Shown piece by piece: positions 10,118 to 18,548 of a stretch of DNA of 64,000 bases. The position numbers and the translations under genes are program-made. The notes under the pieces were generated by a model. That model had not been told where the DNA came from. It saw only the letters and a program-made list of their open reading frames with translations, and ran no database searches. Origin of the DNA: an uncultured Spirochaetota bacterium (GTDB taxonomy: Bacteria; Spirochaetota; Brevinematia; Brevinematales; JAOACQ01); NCBI GenBank assembly GCA_963835575.1, contig CAWIGG010000004.1, forward strand, positions 960,001 through 1,024,000. The letters are read 5' to 3'. How positions within the stretch are numbered: the stretch's first letter is position 1; each line of letters begins with the position of its first letter.

Positions 10118-10646
10118 CATCCGGAATTATTATAAGCTGACGCTTGAAAGAAAAATCTATCTCATCGCTTTTCTTGCCGCCCTGTCGGGCATCTTTTCCG
10201 TCCTGGACGCGATGATCCCGAAGCCCATCCCTTTTGTCAAAATAGGCATTGCCAATATTGTCAGCCTCATCCTTGTCCGGGAAGACAAACTTCTTCTGGC
10301 CCTGAATGTGGCGGTTTTAAGGACAATTGTTTCATCCCTCTTTATCGGGACTTTCCTTTCCTATACGTTTCTCCTCAGCTTTACCGGGGCGGTTGTGTCC
10401 CTTCTATTTATGTGGCTGTTTTTCAAAATTTTCGGGAAAAATCTGTCCGAAGTCGGGCTTTCGGTGATCGGGGCCTTTTTTAACACAGCGGCGCAGGGGC
10501 TTCTGGTCTTTCTCTTCTGGAGCTACGACAGAGGAACGCTATTTCTTGTCTCCATTCTGATCCTGGCAAGCCTTGTGAACGGCATTATCATCGGCTTTCT
10601 GGCGAAAATGTTTTATAAAGAGGCGGAGAAAATTCCCACTGAATAA
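10101..10646 (+). CDS. Gx transporter family protein (annotated heptaprenyl-diphosphate synthase component I-like)
   Basis: PIPFVKIGIANIV, SFTGAVVS, GLSVIGAFFN; multi-TM; commonly paired with NusG-II genes. Confidence 0.85.
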   Translation: MQLLNDIRNYYKLTLERKIYLIAFLAALSGIFSVLDAMIPKPIPFVKIGIANIVSLILVREDKLLLALNVAVLRTIVSSLFIGTFLSYTFLLSFTGAVVSLLFMWLFFKIFGKNLSEVGLSVIGAFFNTAAQGLLVFLFWSYDRGTLFLVSILILASLVNGIIIGFLAKMFYKEAEKIPTE

Positions 10647-10649
10647 CTT

Positions 10650-10992
10650 CACCACCACAAAGAGCACTAAGAAACACCAACTGGAGTTATACCTTTCTTT
10701 ATTGTTTAATTTAATATTTTGATCAGTATTTCTTTGTTCTAATATCCGATTGTTCACGCGGATTAACGCGGATTAGGTGGATTTCATAGGATTTAGTTTT
10801 ACTCAAAGCCGCCTTTACACTTTTGCCCGGCGCATCATCTTATGCAGATGATTAGTAATTGGGATTGATTGTGGGCTGTGCCCGGTAGACAAGGAATTTT
10901 AATATAGAATTCTTGAATAATTTATAAAAGCTGTTTTGCAGAACCCAATTGAGCAGGATGGGCAGGATTTGGAAGGATAAACAGGATTATGG
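10650..10992 (+). repeat. Left composite repeat arm of locus L1
   Basis: Modules CACCACAAAGAGCACTAAGAAACACCAA, TTCACGCGGATTAACGCGGATT, GGGCTGTGCCCGG and ACCCAATTGAGCAGGATGGGCAGGAT; about 10760-10945 is an inverted copy of about 37185-37372. Confidence 0.8.
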
Positions 10993-11005
10993 ATATTTAA
11001 ATTGT

Positions 11006-11035
11006 TTGCATACGATGGGGTGAAAGGAGTATAAT
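11006..11035 (+). promoter_or_regulatory. Putative sigma70 promoter upstream of the cassette
   Basis: TTGCAT-18 bp-TATAAT. Confidence 0.45.
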
Positions 11036-11119
11036 GTTTAGGAAGTAAATTGATATTAGTAGCGTATATTAATAGTTCTACGCCATGCCACACGAATTAT
11101 AATAAAAAGGAGTAAATTT

Positions 11120-11911
11120 ATGAATAAGCAAATATTGCCAATTCTTATAGCTTATTATTCATTTTTATTTGGTTCATCAATAACAATATTTAAAGATTAT
11201 ATTCAAAAGCATGTTTTTACATTTTTTATTGTTGTTTCAATACTTTGTATAATACCTTTGTTCGTTTTTATTCTTATTAAATTATCTGCTTCATTCGCAA
11301 AATTATTTAGAATTTTATTATTTTACTCTCTTAAAATAAATACATTTTCAATAATAGGTATCTCTGTATTATTATTCTTTTGTGTTTTAATGACAATTAA
11401 TTATTTGAATAAATATTTAAATATTGATCTTATTAATTTTAATATCATTATTCTTAATATCATTTTTATTTTATATTTTATATTTTTTATAAATAAAAAA
11501 ATAAGATTTTTTGAACCTAAAGGACTTCTAATTCAAGAATTTGGTCATATTGAAATATATCTATATCATAAAGGAAAATTACGACACATACCAGATCCAC
11601 CAACTTTACAACTGCTTGGTTATTCAATAAAAGATGTAAATGTAATACCTCATCAAGAATATATTAAATATAAACTTGATTCACCTTTAGAAAGTATTTA
11701 CTCAGTAAAATTTGTTACAATAAATGGAAGACCTGAAATATACATGATAATAAATGGAGAAAAAAGACATATACCAGATGTTGTTACTTTTGATTGGATT
11801 AAAAATGTACGTTCTGAAAAAAGAATTGACAATACATTAGAACCGATTTTAGAAGATAGATTAAATCAATGGAAAACTGGCAAACCATTAAAAAGTTTAA
11901 TCCAGGATTAA
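11120..11911 (+). CDS. AT-rich hypothetical membrane protein (4 TM, then two RHIPD repeats)
   Basis: AGGAG RBS; hydrophobic N-half; EIYLYHKGKLRHIPD and EIYMIINGEKRHIPD. Confidence 0.75.
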   Translation: MNKQILPILIAYYSFLFGSSITIFKDYIQKHVFTFFIVVSILCIIPLFVFILIKLSASFAKLFRILLFYSLKINTFSIIGISVLLFFCVLMTINYLNKYLNIDLINFNIIILNIIFILYFIFFINKKIRFFEPKGLLIQEFGHIEIYLYHKGKLRHIPDPPTLQLLGYSIKDVNVIPHQEYIKYKLDSPLESIYSVKFVTINGRPEIYMIINGEKRHIPDVVTFDWIKNVRSEKRIDNTLEPILEDRLNQWKTGKPLKSLIQD

Positions 11912-11939
11912 TATAGGTGTCGCACGGCGTAGAACACGG

Positions 11940-13617
11940 GAGTCTGTCGCAAAAGCTGCCGAATGAATCAGCAATGTCCTATTGAAAATGGCTTTTTTAA
12001 AATTTTATAACTTTCTCGGGTAATATGATCATTCAGTCCGGATTTTAACTGTATCTCCTGCCCCTAATCCTACAATTTAATCCCCAAAGCCGCCATTTTC
12101 CTGAAATTGTACGCAATGCAGACCATATGCCAGATAGTGTTTACACTATCCAGACCGCGGTAGTAAAACCTTCCGAAGTTGAAGTATTCTTTTATCGTCC
12201 CGAAAATGTGCTCGATCAGGCAGGCACGCTCATTGTAAGTTCTTTTACCTTCAATACTCCTAAGCTTTTCCTTCATCTTGCGCCTTAATTCAACCGTTTC
12301 AAAATATTCATACTTTACATTAAACCGTTTGTTTTTTAATGCTTCCAGCTTACCGGCGCAATTTGAAAGCAGCTTGCACTTCCTGCACAACTCGCGCTTT
12401 GGATAGAAACGGTAATTCTTGACTCCCCGATCATTATAAGCTCTTTCCGCGCACATAATCTGGCCTCCGGGGCATTTGATTTTCCTGATATTACCGTCAA
12501 TTATTAATTCACAGTCTTTGGATGTTATTTTATCCTTGTTCTTTCTCTTTTTCGGACTTCCGTCTTCTTCTTTTCCTTCGGGGATATAAAGGTCGATCTT
12601 TTTATCTTCACCGTATTGGATATTATCCGATGTGAAATATCCGGCGTCCAGCGTGAACTTTGTGTCTTCCTTCGGCTCTTCCTGGTGATCCATTACTTCC
12701 TCTATCATCGGGACAGCAAGGTTACGGTCGCTTGCGCAGTCTGATACCATCGCGCCCGTGAGAAATTCATTTTTACTGTCAACGGCGGCCTGGCAATTAT
12801 ACCCGGGGCCGATTGATCCGTTATTCATTTTCATTAACCTGGCGTCTTTGTCTGTCAGGTTTACGCTTTCCGTTTCGTCTAAATTCCTGTCCTCAACTGT
12901 TTTCAGAAATTTATCTATCCCGGATTTCTGCTGTTCAAACTTCTTGAGTTTATTTGCCATCCTTTTGGAATATTTATCATCGGTATTGCTGTTCACCGTT
13001 TCCTGGAGGATTTTTAAGATCTTTTCCTCGATTTTATCCTTTTTATCCCGGAATTCCTTCGCATTCCCCGTGAAATTCCTGTTGGCCGATGCCTTTATCT
13101 TTGTACCGTCTATAGCTTCCAGTTCATAACTGATAAAACCCGATTTCGCCAGAATGTATACCATTTTCCCGAAAATACTAACGATCTCATCCAGGTATTT
13201 ATTGATAAATCTACAGATATTACTGTGGTCAACGGTGGTATTTCCCGCGAGATAAATCGTGTTCAGGTCGTTTTTCATCCTTTTTTCTATTTTACGTGAA
13301 GTGTAAATACCGGACGCGAAGCTGTAAAAAAGGACTTTCAGCATCATTGTAGGGTTGACCGCTTTTGCTCCCGTTGTTTGATTCCGCAGTTTAACGGCAA
13401 ATTCAGCGGGGGAAATATAGCTCTCAACATAATCGTCAATGACTTTGACCAGCGGATTGTTTTCCCTGATTTTGTCGGGATCGACGGTCAGCCAGTAGAT
13501 TTGATCGCGAATATATTTTTTGAATTTCCCCAGCATTTGACACCTCTTAAATATGGTTTTATTATATTCTATCGTAAGTTATGAAAAATGTACATGAAGA
13601 GCTTTTGCGACAGACTC
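11940..13617 (-). mobile_element. IS1182-family insertion sequence
   Basis: 18-bp perfect terminal IR GAGTCTGTCGCAAAAGCT / AGCTTTTGCGACAGACTC; 4-bp target duplication ACGG (11936-39, 13618-21). Confidence 0.92.
12070..13536 (-). CDS. IS1182-family DDE transposase
   Basis: PTMMLKVLFYSFASGIYTSRKIE, AIDGTKIKASA, TDKDARLM, GYNCQ, LDAGY, IEHIFGTIK. Confidence 0.93.
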   Translation of the reverse strand: MLGKFKKYIRDQIYWLTVDPDKIRENNPLVKVIDDYVESYISPAEFAVKLRNQTTGAKAVNPTMMLKVLFYSFASGIYTSRKIEKRMKNDLNTIYLAGNTTVDHSNICRFINKYLDEIVSIFGKMVYILAKSGFISYELEAIDGTKIKASANRNFTGNAKEFRDKKDKIEEKILKILQETVNSNTDDKYSKRMANKLKKFEQQKSGIDKFLKTVEDRNLDETESVNLTDKDARLMKMNNGSIGPGYNCQAAVDSKNEFLTGAMVSDCASDRNLAVPMIEEVMDHQEEPKEDTKFTLDAGYFTSDNIQYGEDKKIDLYIPEGKEEDGSPKKRKNKDKITSKDCELIIDGNIRKIKCPGGQIMCAERAYNDRGVKNYRFYPKRELCRKCKLLSNCAGKLEALKNKRFNVKYEYFETVELRRKMKEKLRSIEGKRTYNERACLIEHIFGTIKEYFNFGRFYYRGLDSVNTIWHMVCIAYNFRKMAALGIKL

Positions 13618-13749
13618 ACGGCGTTTGCGCTGCGGTGCGTGCTCGTAAACTGCGCGCGCTCCTCGTTGTTATGATAAAAGCAACGAAAAAGAAACTTGAT
13701 GGTTCGCCCTTAAGGTTTAAATAAATAGTTTTGAACAATGATGATATTC

Positions 13750-14058
13750 ACCTGACATCGAGCCGGTCCTGAAATCACTAAAATCCGCTTACAATTGGGT
13801 TTAAAAAAACAGCTTTAATTTAATTTTCAAAAATGATGTCTTTTGTATTTCAGGCGTAGCCCACATCCTTTTCAATTTCCGTGCCCTGGAGTTTACCCTG
13901 AGCGAGCGCAACGAGTCGAAGGGTGCAATTCTGTGGCTATACCCCTTTTAGTTCCCCTTCGTGTCTTCCCTTCCTGTTAAATTTCCCCAGTTGGTGCTTC
14001 TTTGTGCTCCCTTCGATACGCCCTATCGGGTTACTCAGGAACCGGCGCGGGGTGAAAA
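13750..14058 (-). repeat. Right composite repeat arm of locus L1 (inverted relative to the left arm)
   Basis: AATTGGGTTT..AAACAGCTTT, ATTTCAGGCGTAGCCC, TTCCGTG..GTGCAATTCTGTGGCTA, CTTCCCTTCCTGTTAA, GTTGGTGCTTCTTTGTG..GGTGAAA. Confidence 0.78.
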
Positions 14059-14071
14059 TCTGCCTATTAAT

Positions 14072-15837
14072 GGCCCTACTGCAAAAACAATCCTACCGAT
14101 TCATGTACAAAAGTTGCATAACTCGTTATAATATATGCACATGAATCAGAGAGAGGTCAAAATGTTCAAGCTGAATCAGAGACATATAGAACAGGATTTA
14201 TATCCGGTAAGATATGAAATGAACCAGGAAATGAGAGAAAGTTTAAATGAAAGCTGGGCCGGGCTTTTTTACCAGAAAGTTTTCTCAAAAATAAATGAGC
14301 GGAAGTTTGCTCCACTATATGACCCAAAACTTGGTAGGAGTAATTTCCCGGTCAACATATTAGCCGGGCTGGAAATCATGAAAGAGCTATTCTCTCTGAC
14401 CGATGAACAGTTGTTTGAGCGGTATCGATATGATTTATCGTTTCGATACGCGCTGGGATTGGAAGACATCAACGCGCAGCAGATGTCGATCAGGACGTTA
14501 TACTATTTTCGTGCCGCTGTGGCGGAGAATCAGGACGGGCTTTTTGACGTTATATTTGATGAGTTTCGGGATCTTTTAATTGGAGAGGTCGGGATCAAAA
14601 CCGGACTGCAGAGGACAGATTCTGTAATGATTGGGGCCAATATCAAGCGGCTGAATCGGGTTATGCTGTTTCATAAAGTGTTGTCCAATATGGCGGAAGA
14701 TGTTTCCAATGCTGGATTTTCCTTAAGTGAAAGATGTAAGGATTTTCTAAAACAAAATGAGGACGGATTCAGTTATCGACTGAAAAAGGAGAATTACGAA
14801 TCGAAAACGGTGGAAATTGGCGAGGAAATATTCGGGCTGATTACAGAGAACGTGTTTCACAATAAAGTCAGGAAACAAAAGAGTTTCCGGCAGGCAATGA
14901 GACTTTTGCGGGAACAATGCCGGATAGAAAAAGAAGGCAAGGTGACGCTGAAGCTGCCGCGGGAAATCAAAGCCTCATCGATGCAGTCGCCGGTGGACGA
15001 AGACGCGACCTACCGGGAGAAGCGGGGAAAACAGTATGTCGGGTATAAGGTGAACGCGGTTGAAACCTGTGACCCTCAAAATCCGATGCAGGTGATTACC
15101 AGCATAGAAACCGCATCAAATAATGCTGACGATGGGGATTTATTCCGCAGGCAACTATCTAATTTAAAAAAGGAAACGAATATTGAAACAGCGATAAGCG
15201 ATGGCGGTTATAATTCTGAAGACCTTCGGAATGAGAGCGGCGAAGACGTTCAACTGGTAATGAGCGCGATACGCGGCGTCGATCTGGAAGGGATAAAAAA
15301 CAAAGCGAAACTTTCTGAGTATACAGACCCAAAAACCGGCAAATATGGGATGTGTCCGGCGGGAGAAATCCCGAATAGCATTATTGAAAATGAAGATGGT
15401 TCCGTGGTATTGAATTTTGATGTAAAAAAATGTGCCGCCTGCGATAAGAAAGAAAATTGTCTGGCCTGTGTCGGCAAGAAGCAAAGTCGGCTGGTAATAG
15501 ACGCCAAAAGGGAATGGATGGATGAATTTTTGGAATTGATATGTATGGATGCAGGAAAATTTCTGATGGGACTACGCCCTGCCGTAGAAGGATTGATGAG
15601 TTTATTGAAACCAAAGTATTTGAGCGGCAGGATTTTGTTCCGTGGTCTGGTAAAAGTCAAAACCCGCATGCTTTTAAGGGGAATCGGGATTAATTTCAAG
15701 AGATATCGGGGCTATTTGGCTGATAAATCGAAGGCTGCCGCCGACATGGCCTTTGATTTCTTAATCTTTTTCCTTGTGCGGTTGAAAATTTGCCGGAATA
15801 TCCCCTATGCTTGTGTTTGAATTTTTTCAGCAGGGCC
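14072..15837 (+). mobile_element. IS5/IS1182-like insertion sequence
   Basis: IRs GGCCCTACTGCAAAAA / TTTTTCAGCAGGGCC flanked by ATTAAT on both sides (14066-71, 15838-43). Confidence 0.85.
14162..15820 (+). CDS. DDE transposase (IS5/IS1182-like)
   Basis: LGRSNFPVNIL, QRTDSVMIGANI, SPVDEDATYREK, GYKVN, SDGGY, RPAVEGLMS; ATG 14162 preceded by GAGG. Confidence 0.88.
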   Translation: MFKLNQRHIEQDLYPVRYEMNQEMRESLNESWAGLFYQKVFSKINERKFAPLYDPKLGRSNFPVNILAGLEIMKELFSLTDEQLFERYRYDLSFRYALGLEDINAQQMSIRTLYYFRAAVAENQDGLFDVIFDEFRDLLIGEVGIKTGLQRTDSVMIGANIKRLNRVMLFHKVLSNMAEDVSNAGFSLSERCKDFLKQNEDGFSYRLKKENYESKTVEIGEEIFGLITENVFHNKVRKQKSFRQAMRLLREQCRIEKEGKVTLKLPREIKASSMQSPVDEDATYREKRGKQYVGYKVNAVETCDPQNPMQVITSIETASNNADDGDLFRRQLSNLKKETNIETAISDGGYNSEDLRNESGEDVQLVMSAIRGVDLEGIKNKAKLSEYTDPKTGKYGMCPAGEIPNSIIENEDGSVVLNFDVKKCAACDKKENCLACVGKKQSRLVIDAKREWMDEFLELICMDAGKFLMGLRPAVEGLMSLLKPKYLSGRILFRGLVKVKTRMLLRGIGINFKRYRGYLADKSKAAADMAFDFLIFFLVRLKICRNIPYACV

Positions 15838-15875
15838 ATTAATAAGCTCTTATAAAAAATTTGTTCAATTTTAGT

Positions 15876-18287
15876 TTAACCCATGATAACTTCAACAGAA
15901 TGGGTTTTACCATCCTCAAAGGAAGGAATGATGTTTCCATTGATTTCCTTTCCGTCAACCTTGACCGAAGAAACGCCTTTATTCTTATGATCCGGATTTT
16001 TTATATTGATCTGGTAGACGGCGTCTTTATACTTCCGCGCGATTTTAAAACCGTTCCATTTTTTAGGGATGCATGGATCGATTTCAAGCCCGTCATAGCG
16101 TGGTTTTAATCCCAGGATATATTTCGTCGCCGATTGGTACATCCATGATGAAGTCCCGGAAAGCCAGCTGTTGCGGGCAAGGCCGAACTGGGGGTGCTCG
16201 TCGCCGAGGATGTTCTGGGCATAAACATAAGGCTCGCATTCATATTCTTCTATTATATCATTCTTGGCGGCGGGATTGATCTGGTTGTAGTATTCAAAAG
16301 CCCGGTCGCCATGGCCGAGAATGGTTTCGGCGATAATGACCCAGGGATTGGTATGAAGGAAAATTCCGCCGTTTTCTTTCGCCCCGGGCGGATAGGTGGT
16401 GATGCCGCCCTTTGTGCGGTCATAGCCGTTAAAACCGGGCGTGCTGAGCTTGATGCCTTTGGAGGTATTCAGCATTTTATTGAGCGATTCCAGGGCCTTC
16501 TCAGCTCTTTCAGGCGTGGCCATACCGGATATCACAGGCCAGGACTGCGCGTTGATGTAGATCTTGCCATGCTTATTCTTATGAGAGCCCAGAGGAGTGC
16601 CGTCGGAGTCAAAGTAGCGGACATACCATTCCCCGTCCCAGCAGTATTTATTGAATGTTTCCTTCAGGGTCTCGTATTCCTGTTTATATTTTAAAGCCGA
16701 ATCTTTATCTCCCAGATACTCGCAGAGCTCAACCATTTCAAGCAGGTCTTTTCCGTAAAGATGCGTATTAAAGAGCGATTCCGCGCCCGTCGGCAGGTTC
16801 ACGCAGTCGTTCCAGTCGGCGTAGCCCAGGTGCGGCAGGCAGTGCTTGCCGGTATCGCTTTTTGTAAATTCGAGCGAACGCTTCATATGGTCCATTACAG
16901 TACCGCTTTCAAGGGGTTTGCCGTTTTTATCCTTTTCATAATAGGGGATGATTTCGCTGAGAAAATCCATGTCCCCCGTTTCCTTAAGGTAAGCCGTGAC
17001 CGATAAAACGATCCAGAGGTGATCATCGCCGTAATACTGCGGCCTGTCCGGCCAATCGACGGTCTCGCCCGCCGAGCCGTCCATGGTCAGCGGATTGAAG
17101 CCATGCATGGCGTTGCCGGCTTTCTTCTGGACCATCATCAGCTTTTTAAGCAGTTCCTTTCCTTCTTCCGGCATCCTGTCGAAAACGGCCATAACATCCT
17201 GTGAGCTGTCCCGGAAGCCCAGGCCCCTTGTGCCCAGCCCAAGCTGATAATAGGAAAGGTAGCGGGACCAGTTTTTTGTAATGAAACACTGCCTGGGATT
17301 ATGCACGTTCAGCATGCTGTTCATATTGGGATCCGGCGTTTCCACTTCAAGTTTGGACAGGTAGACTTTCCAGAACTCCGAAAGCTCATCCAGAGCCGCC
17401 TGGACGTTCTCGGTCTTTCTGTATTTTTCTATTCCAGGCTGGGCTTTCTGCAGGCTTTCATCCTGGCCCAGCTGTGTAATGAATTCTTTTGTTTCGCCCG
17501 GCTTAAGGACGCCCAGTTTATGGAGAAGGGCGCCGATGTTATCGCCCCTGTGCGCCTCATAATTATCCAGGTCCTCATTCTGCAGTGAAAGCGGATTGGC
17601 CCATGTCCCGTATTCGTTATCTCCAAGGAAGCGCTTCCTGTCGGACTCAAATGAAGAAACGGGATAATTTGATGTAAAGAAATTGATATGGGTTTCACGC
17701 CGGAGAAAAGCGTACTGGATAAGGGTCAGAAGGCCGTTTTTCTCGTGCTGGCAGCGTGACTGCATAGTCTGCGGCACCCAGTCCCCGTTATTGAACTGCT
17801 TGACGGCGTCAAAGTGCGTATATTCGACCACGCTGACGGCGTCAATATTGCACTCTTTGTCTGAGACATTTGTAATTTTTATATGGCGTATCTCCCGGCA
17901 GTCATTAATGGGGACAAAGATGGTGCAGTCTGTCCGGATCCCGTAGAATTCGGAAACGATCCTTGTATAGCCCAGGCCGACATGGCATTCATATTTATCA
18001 TATTTATCCAGAGTAGGGACAAAAAAAGGCGAAAATAACTTATAAGAACCGTTCAGCTTGAACCGGAGGTAAAGGGTCTCGCCTTTGAATTCAGATGACG
18101 GCAGCTGCTGTATATATTTGACAATCCTGTTCAGGGAAGGATCTTCCTTGCACAGCAGGGCTCCGCCCGTATGGTCGACAAAACCTCCGAAGGCAAGAGT
18201 GCCGATGTAATTTATCCATTTAACCGGCGTTTTCGGATTTGTGATCACATATTCCTTGTTTTTATCGTCAAAGTAACCGAAATTCAT
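15876..18287 (-). CDS. GH94 glycoside phosphorylase (cellobiose/chitobiose phosphorylase-like)
   Basis: MNFGYFDDKNKEYVIT, GFRDSSQD, ADWNDC, ENGGIFLH, SWLSGTSSW; GGAGG RBS before ATG 18287. Confidence 0.92.
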   Translation of the reverse strand: MNFGYFDDKNKEYVITNPKTPVKWINYIGTLAFGGFVDHTGGALLCKEDPSLNRIVKYIQQLPSSEFKGETLYLRFKLNGSYKLFSPFFVPTLDKYDKYECHVGLGYTRIVSEFYGIRTDCTIFVPINDCREIRHIKITNVSDKECNIDAVSVVEYTHFDAVKQFNNGDWVPQTMQSRCQHEKNGLLTLIQYAFLRRETHINFFTSNYPVSSFESDRKRFLGDNEYGTWANPLSLQNEDLDNYEAHRGDNIGALLHKLGVLKPGETKEFITQLGQDESLQKAQPGIEKYRKTENVQAALDELSEFWKVYLSKLEVETPDPNMNSMLNVHNPRQCFITKNWSRYLSYYQLGLGTRGLGFRDSSQDVMAVFDRMPEEGKELLKKLMMVQKKAGNAMHGFNPLTMDGSAGETVDWPDRPQYYGDDHLWIVLSVTAYLKETGDMDFLSEIIPYYEKDKNGKPLESGTVMDHMKRSLEFTKSDTGKHCLPHLGYADWNDCVNLPTGAESLFNTHLYGKDLLEMVELCEYLGDKDSALKYKQEYETLKETFNKYCWDGEWYVRYFDSDGTPLGSHKNKHGKIYINAQSWPVISGMATPERAEKALESLNKMLNTSKGIKLSTPGFNGYDRTKGGITTYPPGAKENGGIFLHTNPWVIIAETILGHGDRAFEYYNQINPAAKNDIIEEYECEPYVYAQNILGDEHPQFGLARNSWLSGTSSWMYQSATKYILGLKPRYDGLEIDPCIPKKWNGFKIARKYKDAVYQINIKNPDHKNKGVSSVKVDGKEINGNIIPSFEDGKTHSVEVIMG

Positions 18288-18548
18288 GATTAGAACCTCC
18301 AGATTCCGATATAATTTAAAAGAGCGCATATTTTATATAATAATTGAAGATAAGTCAAAAGTTAAAAAAAAGGAAATTTTTTTGAAAAAATTCTTAAATC
18401 AGTTGTTTTTAATGAATTAATTGATGAATCCATCGATTAATGTGATAAAATGGCGGAATTAAAAGCAAAAAAAAATTCCTAAAAGCTTGAATATTAAAGG
18501 AATATTTCAGATAATATAGGGAGAGAAATAGGGGTAAAGAACAGGTTT

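Larger units (their letters stand above)
11075..13672 (+). mobile_element. Integron-type gene cassette (attC interrupted by an IS), no intI in the window
   Basis: GTTCTACGCCATGCCACAC (11075-11093) before the ORF and its 17/19 reverse complement GTGTCGCACGGCGTAGAAC (11917-11935) just after the stop; GC-rich imperfect palindrome resumes after the IS and ends at GTTATG. Confidence 0.6.
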
